This document shows positions 16,562-25,324 of a stretch of DNA of 64,000 bases, in pieces. This DNA is from a virus. Taxonomy: Duplodnaviria > Caudoviricetes. A program made the translations under genes and the position numbers. Within the stretch, counting starts at the first letter, position 1; every line of letters starts with the position of its first letter. The stretch covers positions 1 through 64,000 of IMG/VR virus record IMGVR_UViG_2908446538_000001. One strand, 5' to 3'. A model generated the notes under the pieces. The model had not been told where the DNA came from. It worked only from the letters and a program-made list of their open reading frames with translations, and did not search any database.

Positions 16562-17284
16562 TTAGCGGGCGTACATTCCCCACCAGAACACGTGCCCTAG
16601 GATGCCGATCTGCTCATCCTGCATCTGCTGGAAGCTATAGTCCTCATCCGGGTGATCGTCGCGGTTGAAGCTTCGCAACCTGATCCCTGATGGAAGCCTG
16701 AAAACCTGTTTAACACGCATCTGGCCATTATGGTTTATGGCGTATAGGTCGCCATCGATGATGTCGCCCAGGCTCGTTTTGCCCAAGTCGATGCCCACCG
16801 TTGCGCCATCGCGCAACACCGGGGTCATGCTGTTGCCACGGACCGTCACGCACTTGGCGTTGCTGAACTGAACGCCGTTTTCGCGAAGGTTCTTCTTGCG
16901 GAAGCGAAGGCTTTCCCCCTCGTCCTCCTGAATGACAAAGCGGCCCGATCCTGCGGCCAGTTCGACTTCGCGCAGAAATGGAACCTCAACCTCGTCATCG
17001 TCGAGCGGGGTCTTTTCGTCCCAGCCATCAATAGCCTTCATGGAGCTGGCATTCGAGTCAGGCGCGGTTCGGCCCGTTTCACCAGGACCGCCATCTATTA
17101 AGTAGCCCATCGAAGTGCCGAGGGCCTCAGCCAGGTCGCCCAGCTTGCTATTCCGTGGCGTAGAGACGCCAGCCTCCCACTTCTGGACAGCCTGAGGGCT
17201 CAGCCCCAAACGACGGGCCAACTCCGACTGGCTAAGGCCTGCCGCCTCTCTTTTTTGCGCGATGCGCTCACCGATATTTTTCAT
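16562..17284 (-). CDS. cI: CI repressor (HTH + S24 autopeptidase)
   Basis: N-terminal HTH (LSQSELARRLGLSPQAVQKWE), AAG cleavage site, GNSM and VK catalytic motifs; start MKNIGERI. Confidence 0.92.
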   Translation of the reverse strand: MKNIGERIAQKREAAGLSQSELARRLGLSPQAVQKWEAGVSTPRNSKLGDLAEALGTSMGYLIDGGPGETGRTAPDSNASSMKAIDGWDEKTPLDDDEVEVPFLREVELAAGSGRFVIQEDEGESLRFRKKNLRENGVQFSNAKCVTVRGNSMTPVLRDGATVGIDLGKTSLGDIIDGDLYAINHNGQMRVKQVFRLPSGIRLRSFNRDDHPDEDYSFQQMQDEQIGILGHVFWWGMYAR

Positions 17285-17294
17285 CGCCGAATCA

Positions 17295-17375
17295 TACAAA
17301 CAACGGTTGTAGATGTAATTGCGAATTTGAGTTGTAGATAAATACGTCCATGGGTTAACCTTAGGTTGTAGCTGT
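17295..17375. promoter_or_regulatory. OR region / divergent PR-PRM
   Basis: GTTGTAG at 17306, 17331, 17365; TACAA-N7-TTGTA palindrome at 17295. Confidence 0.65.
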
Positions 17376-17390
17376 AACTTTGAGGTGCGT

Positions 17391-17612
17391 ATGACGCAGA
17401 CAGCAATCCAGAAGGCCGCGAAAGCTGCCGGCGGCCAATCCGCCTTAGCCCGGTCACTGAAGGTCACGCCACAAGCAGTGCAGAAGATGTGCGCCACCGG
17501 GCGCGTTCCTGCTGAGCGAGTGCTGGAGATCGAGAAATTAACCGGGGTTCATCGCTCTGAGCTGCGCCCAGACCTTTACCCGCCAAGGGTGAAAAGGCCG
17601 CAGGCAGCGTAA
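17391..17612 (+). CDS. cro: Cro-like repressor (YdaS type)
   Basis: AGGQSALARSLKVTPQAVQK...GVHRSELRPDLY; divergent from cI. Confidence 0.88.
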   Translation: MTQTAIQKAAKAAGGQSALARSLKVTPQAVQKMCATGRVPAERVLEIEKLTGVHRSELRPDLYPPRVKRPQAA

Positions 17613-17660
17613 GCGACATCCCTGTCCGCAGTTCCATTGAAGCCAGATTAGAAGAGAGCA

Positions 17661-18284
17661 GTGCCCATGCAAACGTCCAGTTCCAGACACACCGTAGAAA
17701 CCCGTGATCAGGTGCTGGTCGCCCATGCCCAAAACCAGATCGCCCGCACCAGCTTGAGCCAGGACGACTTCGCCCAAGCGCTGAGCCGCGAGATCTACCT
17801 GACCGTGCCTGCCGCGAAGATCAACGACGCGAAAGTCCCGGACTTCGTAGAGCTGGCACGCCTGAACGATGTGGGCGAGTTCATTAAGGCCACGGGTCGT
17901 TGGCTCAAGCGTGTTCAGCGCTGGCTGTCCGGCGATCAGGAAATGCCGTCCTGGCTTGAAGAGTCGTGGGTCAACGCCCTTGAACCTGAATACCGCGATC
18001 ACTGCTTGAACGAGCTGGCGAGCCGCCACGGCTTGACCGGCGCCCGCCAGATGACCAGCGACCAATGCGCGAACAAAAGCTTCGGCGCACTGATCCGCGC
18101 CCTGGGCGATGTGATCGACACCGGCAGCGAAGTGTTTGATGACCAAGTGATGTGCGAGCAGGACCTGCCGCACTTGCCAGCGTTCGCCAAACAGTGCCGC
18201 CAGGTTGAAGCGAAGGCAGGGGAGTTGCGCCGTAAGGCTGAAGCTCTGCTCAACGGCAAGCCAGCACTGAAATCAATCGCCTGA
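17661..18284 (+). CDS. CII-position regulatory protein
   Basis: Position after cro; HTH-like segment. Confidence 0.5.
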   Translation: MPMQTSSSRHTVETRDQVLVAHAQNQIARTSLSQDDFAQALSREIYLTVPAAKINDAKVPDFVELARLNDVGEFIKATGRWLKRVQRWLSGDQEMPSWLEESWVNALEPEYRDHCLNELASRHGLTGARQMTSDQCANKSFGALIRALGDVIDTGSEVFDDQVMCEQDLPHLPAFAKQCRQVEAKAGELRRKAEALLNGKPALKSIA

Positions 18285-18295
18285 ATTCCAGGCAC

Positions 18296-18325
18296 AAAAA
18301 AGCCGACGTACGAGGTCGGCTTTTT
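18296..18325 (+). terminator. tR1-like terminator
   Basis: AAAAAAGCCGAC...GTCGGCTTTTT. Confidence 0.75.
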
Positions 18326-18353
18326 CTACAGCGGTAAACAACTGGAGCGAATC

Positions 18354-19205
18354 ATGCACCAACATACAGAATCGATCAATACCCCCAACATTTCCGCGCC
18401 ACGTTTTTCGCAATCTGAAAACGTGGCGCGTAATTCCTCAGTGATCCCGTTCGACTTCGACGGCGCGGCGATCCGGGTCATAACTGACAAGCTCGGTGAC
18501 CCGTGGTTTGTCGCGCGCGATGTCGCTGATGCCCTCGGTTACTCCAAACCGGAGAATGCCGTGGCCCGCCATTGCAAGGCTGCGACCACTACCCCGAAAC
18601 AGGGTGGTGGTTTCATGACCATTATCCCGGAGCGGGACCTGTACCGGCTAGTGATGAAGTCCAAGCTGCCGGCCGCCGAGAGGTTCGAAGAGTGGGTGGT
18701 TGGCCAGGTCCTGCCGAGCATCCGCAAGACCGGCAACTTTTCTGCCCAAGGCCCAAACAACTCCAAAATCGTCGGCGAGCTGGCCATCCTGGAATGCTTT
18801 GACCGCCTGTTGAAGCCTGCCAACTCCAGCAAGATGCTGATGCTGGCCAAGATTGCCGCCAACAACGGCCTGGACGCTAAATTCCTCCCAGGCTACGCCG
18901 TTGATGCCGCCCCTGACGCCGCTGGTGGTTCGTCGATGCCCACCAAGGCAATCACCGCCCTGATCAAAGATCACGCCATCGCCAGCACCGCCCGCGGCTT
19001 CAACCTTGCTCTTGAGGCCCACGGCTTCCTCAAGGTTCTTCAGCGCAAAAACTCCAGGCAGGAAATGGTCGACTTCTGGTCCGTGACCGAGAAGGGCATG
19101 GCCTACGGCAAGAACCTCACCAGCCCTCAATGCCCCCGCGAGACGCAGCCTCACTGGTACGTGGATCGCTTCCTTGAATTGGCCGCTAAGGTCGGGAAGG
19201 CCTGA
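18354..19205 (+). CDS. BRO-N / antirepressor protein
   Basis: PWFVARDVADALGY, PERDLYRLVMKS, FEEWVVGQVLPSIRKTG; C-terminal VTEKG. Confidence 0.85.
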   Translation: MHQHTESINTPNISAPRFSQSENVARNSSVIPFDFDGAAIRVITDKLGDPWFVARDVADALGYSKPENAVARHCKAATTTPKQGGGFMTIIPERDLYRLVMKSKLPAAERFEEWVVGQVLPSIRKTGNFSAQGPNNSKIVGELAILECFDRLLKPANSSKMLMLAKIAANNGLDAKFLPGYAVDAAPDAAGGSSMPTKAITALIKDHAIASTARGFNLALEAHGFLKVLQRKNSRQEMVDFWSVTEKGMAYGKNLTSPQCPRETQPHWYVDRFLELAAKVGKA

Positions 19206-19206
19206 C

Positions 19207-20184
19207 ATGCAATACACCGTGACGATTAACCAGGTGAAGGCGCTGGAGTGGGGGCTGAATTCTCAGCAGGCCCTGCTGTTCGCCTTCATCTACGGCTGCC
19301 CGAGCTGGACCAAGCCAATCAAGACTGATGACGGGATCTTCTTCGCGCTGAGCAAGGCCAAGATCATCGAGGAGCTGCCGCTGCTCACTGATAAGCCGGA
19401 CACCGCTTACCGCATGCTGAAGGCCCTGGAAGAGGCCGGCTTGATTGAGCTTTCCAGTACTTCGAACATCACGCTTTTCCGCCTCACAGAGAAGGCCGTC
19501 GAGTGGAACCAGAAGCTGGATGGGTCGGAAAAATATCCGACCCCACCAAAAAACAAGGGTCGGAAAAATATCCGATCTACCTCGGATAAATCTCCGAGCA
19601 AGGTCGGAAAAAAATCCGAACAAGGGTCGGAAAAATCTCCGACAAATCAGGATACCAATCATCAGGGTACCAATCAGGACACCAGTCAGGACTTGCAGGA
19701 CGCCACCGGCAAGCCGGCTCAGTCCCGCGGTCTGGTGCTGGTGGTTGATCGCACCGACACCCCACGGGTCGAGATCCCCGCCGACATGCCTGGCCCCAAA
19801 GACCAGACCTGCAAAACCTTCAAGGTCTGGGCGAACTACGCCATGGCTTACCGCAAGCGCTACAGCGCCTGGCCTGTGTGGAATGCCAAGGTCGGCGGCC
19901 AGCTCGGACAGTTGGTAGACCGTCTCGGCGCCGATGTCGCCCACCACGTCGCCGCCCACTTCCTGAAAACCAGTGATGCCGCAGTCTTGCGCAAGTGCCA
20001 CAGCCTCAACGAGCTGCTGGCCAACGCCGAGAGCTATCACACCCAGTGGGTGACCGGGCAGCGCATCAACGGCACAACCGCCCGCCAGATGGAAAGGACG
20101 GAGGCGAACCACTCTGCAGCCGAGCAGGCCGCCCAGATGGTTCTGGCCAAACGCCAAGCAGGTGACCGCAATGAATACCTCTGA
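19207..20184 (+). CDS. Replication initiator (O-like)
   Basis: N-terminal winged HTH, Ser/Lys-rich iteron-like linker (repeated GGAAAAA-A/T-CC). Confidence 0.75.
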   Translation: MQYTVTINQVKALEWGLNSQQALLFAFIYGCPSWTKPIKTDDGIFFALSKAKIIEELPLLTDKPDTAYRMLKALEEAGLIELSSTSNITLFRLTEKAVEWNQKLDGSEKYPTPPKNKGRKNIRSTSDKSPSKVGKKSEQGSEKSPTNQDTNHQGTNQDTSQDLQDATGKPAQSRGLVLVVDRTDTPRVEIPADMPGPKDQTCKTFKVWANYAMAYRKRYSAWPVWNAKVGGQLGQLVDRLGADVAHHVAAHFLKTSDAAVLRKCHSLNELLANAESYHTQWVTGQRINGTTARQMERTEANHSAAEQAAQMVLAKRQAGDRNEYL

Positions 20185-20968
20185 AATGAACGACCACCAG
20201 GTCGCCGGGCTTGCCGCCGCCATCTGTGCAACGGCCGAGGCTATGGGCCAGGAGATGAACCCGGGCACCGCCGCAATGATGGCCGAAGATCTTTGCGCCT
20301 ACCCGGTGCCGGTCGTCAAAGCCGCGTTGAAGGCTTGCCGCTTCGAGGTGAAGGGCAAGCTGGCAATGGCCGACATCCTGCAACGAGTCCAGTCCTCGGA
20401 TGGGCGTCCTGGCAAGGACGAGGCCTGGGCCATCGCCATGACCACCAACGACGAATTTGAAACCGTGGTGCTGACCGACGAAATCCAACTGGCCCTGGCT
20501 GCCGCGAAACCCATCTTGGATGGCGGCGACAAGATCGGTGCGCGCATGGCGTTCATCGATGCCTACCAGCGTTTCGTAGGGCAGGCCCGCGAGGATGCGA
20601 AACCGGTCAACTGGCACGTGTCCGTGGGCTTCGACTCCAACCGCCGCATCCAGGCCGTCACCAAGGCTTTGGAGCTGAAACGCATTCCCCAAGAGCACGG
20701 CCAGAAGTACTTGGCTGACCTGAGCATCGTGCCAGTTACCGAGGACGGCCGCGCCATTGCCGGTTTACTCACCGGCGCCGTCACCCAGCCTGCGCCAGTG
20801 CTGCGCCAAAGGCTGGAACTGGTCAAAAACTCGATGCTGGAGATGCGCAAGGCCAGCGCCGAACGGAAAACCGAAATGCGAATTGAAGCGGCCAACGAGT
20901 TGGCGGATCGCCGGGCGCTGCTGATACGGCAGGCCCAGGAACTGGAAGAGAAGAGGGCGGCGCAATGA
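20171..20968 (+). CDS. Replication protein (P-like/helicase loader position)
   Basis: Overlaps O; GRPGKDEAWA motif. Confidence 0.6.
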   Translation: MNTSEMNDHQVAGLAAAICATAEAMGQEMNPGTAAMMAEDLCAYPVPVVKAALKACRFEVKGKLAMADILQRVQSSDGRPGKDEAWAIAMTTNDEFETVVLTDEIQLALAAAKPILDGGDKIGARMAFIDAYQRFVGQAREDAKPVNWHVSVGFDSNRRIQAVTKALELKRIPQEHGQKYLADLSIVPVTEDGRAIAGLLTGAVTQPAPVLRQRLELVKNSMLEMRKASAERKTEMRIEAANELADRRALLIRQAQELEEKRAAQ

Positions 20969-21342
20969 ACGACTACACCGAACTCAAGAAGGCCGCCGAA
21001 TACGCCGCCCAAGACGTGACAAAGTTCGCCGACGAAGGCGAGGAAATGCGAGCGCTCCAACAGTTCCATGAAGAGGTCGACCCTGAAACGGTCCTGGCCT
21101 TGATCAAGGACCTTGAGAGCCACAAACGCATGCTTCTGGCCGCTGCCTGCGACCTTGGCGCGATTGGCGAAGCGCTCAAGTCCGACATGGACGCCGATGG
21201 GGATGAGTTGCTTGGCATGGTCATCGACCTGAAGGCACAGAACACCCGAATGCTGGAATGGCTCAAGGACATTAGCCGCACATCCGGCGACAAAGGTGCC
21301 GTCATGGGCGCGCGCCAACTGCTCAAGGAGTTCGCCGAATGA
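20965..21342 (+). CDS. Hypothetical nin-region protein (Ead/Ea22-like start)
   Basis: DPETVLALI motif. Confidence 0.55.
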   Translation: MNDYTELKKAAEYAAQDVTKFADEGEEMRALQQFHEEVDPETVLALIKDLESHKRMLLAAACDLGAIGEALKSDMDADGDELLGMVIDLKAQNTRMLEWLKDISRTSGDKGAVMGARQLLKEFAE

Positions 21343-21542
21343 ATGACTTCGACCAATCGGTGCTCGCGTATTACCAAGAGCAGGGTGGCGCAACCGCCTG
21401 GATCTGTTCCGGGGCGTTGAAATGCTCACGTGAAGAGGTCAGCAAGGCGCTACAACGCCTGAAGCGTAAAGGCGTCATGAAAAACAAGGGCCCGTTCTGG
21501 GAGTGGAAAGCGCCATCGCGTCAGGAGGTCGGCTATGACTGA
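21339..21542 (+). CDS. Small HTH-like protein
   Basis: 67 aa, SREEVSKALQRLKRKG. Confidence 0.5.
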   Translation: MNDFDQSVLAYYQEQGGATAWICSGALKCSREEVSKALQRLKRKGVMKNKGPFWEWKAPSRQEVGYD

Positions 21543-22005
21543 CAAGATCAGCGTCAACTGCCGCTCTATGCTCACTGAGGCCATCACCCGCATGTCCAAG
21601 ATGTTCGAGGACAAGCACTTCGTGGTGGTCTCCCTGCGACCAGGCAAGGACCGCACGCTCGACCAGAACCGCCTGTGGTTCGCGATGTACAAGCGCATCG
21701 CCGAGATGACCCAGATCGGTGACGCTGCTGACGCCCGCAAGTACTGCAAGCTGCACATCGGCGTGCAGATCCTGCTGAACGAGGACGCCGGCTTCCAGGC
21801 CGAGTGGTACCGGGTGATGCGTCACCTGCCGTACGAAACCAAGCTGGACATGATGGGCGAGTGTCACCTGTTCGGGCCTGACGGCTTTCCGGTGACCAGC
21901 CTGTTCAATCGGGCCCAGGGCATCGCCTACACCGACCGCATCGTCGCGCGCTTTGCACCGCAGGGCGTGTACTTCTCTGACCTGCTTAGCCAGGAGGCCG
22001 CATGA
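21535..22005 (+). CDS. ninB: NinB-like protein
   Basis: KDRTLDQNRLWFAM motif, nin position. Confidence 0.6.
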   Translation: MTDKISVNCRSMLTEAITRMSKMFEDKHFVVVSLRPGKDRTLDQNRLWFAMYKRIAEMTQIGDAADARKYCKLHIGVQILLNEDAGFQAEWYRVMRHLPYETKLDMMGECHLFGPDGFPVTSLFNRAQGIAYTDRIVARFAPQGVYFSDLLSQEAA

Positions 22006-22271
22006 GCCATAACTTCAAGCCGGGCGATCTGGCACTGGTGATTTCAGGTGGGTACCTGGGCGAGACCGCGGAACTGGTGCGTTTTGTAATGCCTGGCGAC
22101 CTGATCGTCTCACCCACCACGGGCAAGGTTTACGAATTCAGGCCGGCCGCCAGAGTAGGTGGATGGTTGTGCAAATTCAGATGCAGTCATGCGGTAAAGC
22201 ACGAAAAGAACCTGATGCCCCTGCGCGGCCGATTCACCCTAGAGCAGCAGAAAGCCAAGGAGGCTGTATGA
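22002..22271 (+). CDS. Hypothetical phage protein
   Basis: FKPGDLALV...EKNLMPL. Confidence 0.6.
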   Translation: MSHNFKPGDLALVISGGYLGETAELVRFVMPGDLIVSPTTGKVYEFRPAARVGGWLCKFRCSHAVKHEKNLMPLRGRFTLEQQKAKEAV

Positions 22272-22900
22272 AGCGCACACCGCTGCAACGAAAGACTCCA
22301 CTCGCGTCCGGTGGCCCGCGCCGCAAGCGCTGCCCAGAGTGCCGGGTGATGTTCACGAAAGCGCGTGAGTCGCAGGTGGTGTGCGGCGAGATCGAGTGCG
22401 CCATAGCACACGGTAAGTCGGAGAAGGGTCGGACGATCGCCGGGAAAGCCCTGGCAGAAGTTGGGCGCCGCGAAATCAAGGTCCGCAAGGAGGCCCTGAA
22501 GACCAGAGCGGATCACTTGCGCGAAGCTCAGGCGGCGGTGAACGAGTACGTGCGCCTGCGTGACGCTCACCTGCCATGCATCAGCTGCGACTCCACGCCC
22601 AACGACAACGACCTCATGACCGGCAGCCGCTGGGATGCCGGGCACTACCGATCCGTCGGCGCCTGCCCAGAGCTGCGCTTCGAGCCGTCGAACATCCACC
22701 GGCAGTGCGTGAAGTGCAACCGCAACCTATCCGGAAATGCCGTGGAGTACCGCATCCGCCTGGTGATGCGCATCGGTGCCGAGAAGGTCGCTTGGCTGGA
22801 AGGCCTGCACGCGCCCTGCAAGTACACCGTGGATGAGATCAAGGCCATCAAGGCCAAGTACCGTGCAATGACCAGAGAACTCAAGAGGGCTGCAGCATGA
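22268..22900 (+). CDS. ninG: NinG/Rap-family endonuclease
   Basis: CPEC..CGEIEC, PCISC, DAGHYRS, NIHRQCVKCN. Confidence 0.9.
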   Translation: MKRTPLQRKTPLASGGPRRKRCPECRVMFTKARESQVVCGEIECAIAHGKSEKGRTIAGKALAEVGRREIKVRKEALKTRADHLREAQAAVNEYVRLRDAHLPCISCDSTPNDNDLMTGSRWDAGHYRSVGACPELRFEPSNIHRQCVKCNRNLSGNAVEYRIRLVMRIGAEKVAWLEGLHAPCKYTVDEIKAIKAKYRAMTRELKRAAA

Positions 22901-23577
22901 ACTACCAAAACGTCATTTCTGCAGTCGTCCGCGCTCTGGCAGCGGAAACAATCAACAGCGCCGGGGGTTGCAACGTCGAGCCGCGAGTGCAGACCAGTAA
23001 ACTGAAGGGCGAGATCACCGGTAAGGATGCGGCACTGCTCGCCGACTGCATCGTGCACAAGCTGCTGCACGCCCAGCTCAGCCCGCGCCACTGGAACGCA
23101 CTGGTGGCGAAGTACAGCACCCACCGCGGGCGCAAGATCGATTCCATTGGGCGGCTTGTAGCGGTTGTGCCTTCGCCTGCGCCACTGCGCTTCACTCAGC
23201 AGGCGGTTCTGGTCTGGGCTGTGCCGCAACAGTCGAAAGGCATCCAGCGCGCAGTGGTCGAGGTCAAAGCTCCAAAGCATCGGGAAAACAAGGATGAGGG
23301 CCAGTGGGATTGGCGAAACAAAGCGGCCGACGCCGATGCTGCCCGCGCCAACAAGCACGCCAGGTCAGTGGCTGAAACGAAGCCGGGTGAGATGATCGTC
23401 CTCGCCGATTCGAACTACGACATGACGAACTGGGATTCCCAAGGCCTGACGGAGCGCACCTATCAGCGCTGGAATAAGACCATCAAGGGGGCGCTTGAGT
23501 CGATGGTGGACGAGGCTTTGGTCGATGCACAGCACATGCTTGAGGTCGTGGGAGTGCTGGAGTGCGAAGCGGCGTGA
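22897..23577 (+). CDS. Q: Late antiterminator Q-like protein
   Basis: Position after ninG and before promoter/terminator pair. Confidence 0.7.
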   Translation: MNYQNVISAVVRALAAETINSAGGCNVEPRVQTSKLKGEITGKDAALLADCIVHKLLHAQLSPRHWNALVAKYSTHRGRKIDSIGRLVAVVPSPAPLRFTQQAVLVWAVPQQSKGIQRAVVEVKAPKHRENKDEGQWDWRNKAADADAARANKHARSVAETKPGEMIVLADSNYDMTNWDSQGLTERTYQRWNKTIKGALESMVDEALVDAQHMLEVVGVLECEAA

Positions 23578-23596
23578 AATAGTCCCTCAAAAGGGC

Positions 23597-23626
23597 TTGC
23601 AATATCATGTCGCCATGTCGCATTAT
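23597..23626 (+). promoter_or_regulatory. PR'-like late promoter
   Basis: TTGCAA-N18-CATTAT with tandem CATGTCGC repeat in spacer (Q-binding-element-like). Confidence 0.55.
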
Positions 23627-23670
23627 TCACCCATCCTGTCATTCCTGCGTGTGTAGGACTGAGTTACAAG

Positions 23671-23698
23671 AACCCCGGCCATCGTTTCGGGGTTTTTC
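23671..23698 (+). terminator. tR'-like terminator
   Basis: AACCCCG...CGGGGTT + T-tract. Confidence 0.7.
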
Positions 23699-23735
23699 GT
23701 TATTACCCTTCTGTTAAAAAACTTGGTGACCTACT

Positions 23736-24257
23736 ATGGCCTTTCTCATTGATTTGCTAGAGGAAGGCGCCTTGACTGATTTTTCGGACATTCGAAACGC
23801 GTACGCCAAGCATAAAACAGCGCAGGATGCTTACTGGAATGATCTTCAGACGAAGGCATACAGTATTTATCGAGGTTTTGAGCATCACGTTGGCTTGGCT
23901 GGGCAGAAGTTCGCCACGCCAGGTAAGCCAGAAGAAGCCTACTGTCAGGTTGGCGTCATGGAGTCGGGCAAATTCAAGCAGGTACTCGGGCCTTCGTTTA
24001 GCGGTTCCGATTTGCAAGTTGAGTTTGCTATTCGCCTTGTCGTCGATGAGTCACCTATCTCGTTACCGAAAAAGGCTCTGATCATCCAGCTGCGACTTGG
24101 AAAGTCCAAGGATGGCTACTTGGCTCGCCTGAAAACGAGCGAAGGCTGGTTTGATTTCTCTATTTCTTTCGCATTCGCGGAAAGCGAATTGAAGAATCTT
24201 TATGAGGCGATTGCGCTGGATGTGATTGACTCAATGGATGAATCAATTTTCGGTTGA
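23736..24257 (+). CDS. Moron, hypothetical protein
   Basis: AT-richer ORF bracketed by terminators. Confidence 0.65.
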   Translation: MAFLIDLLEEGALTDFSDIRNAYAKHKTAQDAYWNDLQTKAYSIYRGFEHHVGLAGQKFATPGKPEEAYCQVGVMESGKFKQVLGPSFSGSDLQVEFAIRLVVDESPISLPKKALIIQLRLGKSKDGYLARLKTSEGWFDFSISFAFAESELKNLYEAIALDVIDSMDESIFG

Positions 24258-24271
24258 AGCTTCATTCAAAG

Positions 24272-24298
24272 AGCCCGGCCACTGAGCCGGGTTTTTTA
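24272..24298 (+). terminator. Intrinsic terminator
   Basis: GCCCGG-CCACTGAG-CCGGG + T-tract. Confidence 0.75.
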
Positions 24299-24304
24299 TT
24301 GCCT

Positions 24305-24545
24305 GCGTTTCACTGCAGCCAGGGCAGCCTCACGGAAGGCCTGGACGCTGATAAGCCGGTAGTGCAGCGCTACGGAAAAAAACCGGCAGCCCGTGCATCC
24401 TGACCTCACTGTGCTTCCAGGGTGGCGCGAGACACGAACGGCGAGATCGGTGCATTGGGGCGTCGACGCCGGAAAGGTCTTTGGCAGACAGCGCGGAAAG
24501 ACGCGCGCACCTATTCAGGGCCTCAGCATTCGCTGGGGCTTTTCT
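24305..24545 (+). ncRNA. Candidate structured RNA / leader
   Basis: Several stems: CCAGG/CCTGG, GCCGG/CCGGC, GCGCG/CGCGC, final U-tract hairpin; no convincing ORF. Confidence 0.35.
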
Positions 24546-24563
24546 CGTTATGAGGCACAGCAA

Positions 24564-25094
24564 ATGTCCGGCTCTATCCAATCCAGCAACTACGTGCCGG
24601 GCGTTTCCGGCTGGAAAATCGATACTGATACGGGATCCTTCGAGCTTGCATCTGACCGGGTGACAGTTTCAGGGGTTGACCCTAAAGCGGTGTACTGCGG
24701 AAAGTCCCGCAAAGAAAGCCATAAGCCATTCATCGTTGTGGACGGCGTGATCTACATCAGCCAGGCATCCATCGAGGACGCCTCAATCGCTAAGGCCAAA
24801 ATCGGTAACGAATGGTCGGTAAGGATTTGCGTGACGCCAGACGGTGAAAAATACGCAGCCGGCCTTGGTTTGGGCGTCCATCCGGAGTGCCTAGTGCAGC
24901 CTGATCGCTTCGACATCAACGGTCTAGATGCCTCGAAGATCCTTGAGATGCTAGCGGGCAAGATCAGCAAGACCGAATTGTGCCGCCAGGTACTGGCAAA
25001 TAGTGATCAGCTCGGATCCAGCTTCGCCGAACAGGTCAAGGATTTGCTCCGCAAGGAGCTCATGCCTGGCGGTCTGCTGCACCGCTCCCGCTAA
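24564..25094 (+). CDS. Small protein composed of gpJ-like (DUF1983-region) blocks
   Basis: Four segments resemble segments of this phage's J protein; GAGG RBS. Confidence 0.7.
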   Translation: MSGSIQSSNYVPGVSGWKIDTDTGSFELASDRVTVSGVDPKAVYCGKSRKESHKPFIVVDGVIYISQASIEDASIAKAKIGNEWSVRICVTPDGEKYAAGLGLGVHPECLVQPDRFDINGLDASKILEMLAGKISKTELCRQVLANSDQLGSSFAEQVKDLLRKELMPGGLLHRSR

Positions 25095-25129
25095 TCCATT
25101 CCTTCACTCCCTATCGAGCAGGTAAAAAT

Positions 25130-25324
25130 ATGAGCAAGGAGGACGTGGAAAGAAAAGTCATTGTCCTTGTTCCTTCTGGCGAATTTGATCCACGATCGCT
25201 GAGAGCAATGCTCTTAACTACCCAGGGTGAATTCAAAGACACCTTCGTTAAAGTCCATGACAAGGGCGCCTTGTTTCAGGAACTCAAGCCCGAGCACGGC
25301 CTGATAGGTTCTTCCGTTGGCTGA
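25130..25324 (+). CDS. Possible small ORF overlapping protease gene antisense
   Basis: RBS-like CAGGT; 111-nt convergent overlap makes it doubtful. Confidence 0.3.
   Translation: MSKEDVERKVIVLVPSGEFDPRSLRAMLLTTQGEFKDTFVKVHDKGALFQELKPEHGLIGSSVG

Noticed and set aside
17285-17497. 71-aa N-terminal extension of CI from the ORF track
   Set aside because: Overlaps cro and the operators; the HTH begins at MKNIGERI (17284).
24305-24400. Twister- or hammerhead-like ribozyme (CACTGC...AAGCC...AGTG; CTGATAA...GAAA)
   Set aside because: Twister catalytic positions (U|AA and the G after P2) are absent, and the hammerhead C3-G8 pair is broken. Kept only as a generic structured-RNA candidate.
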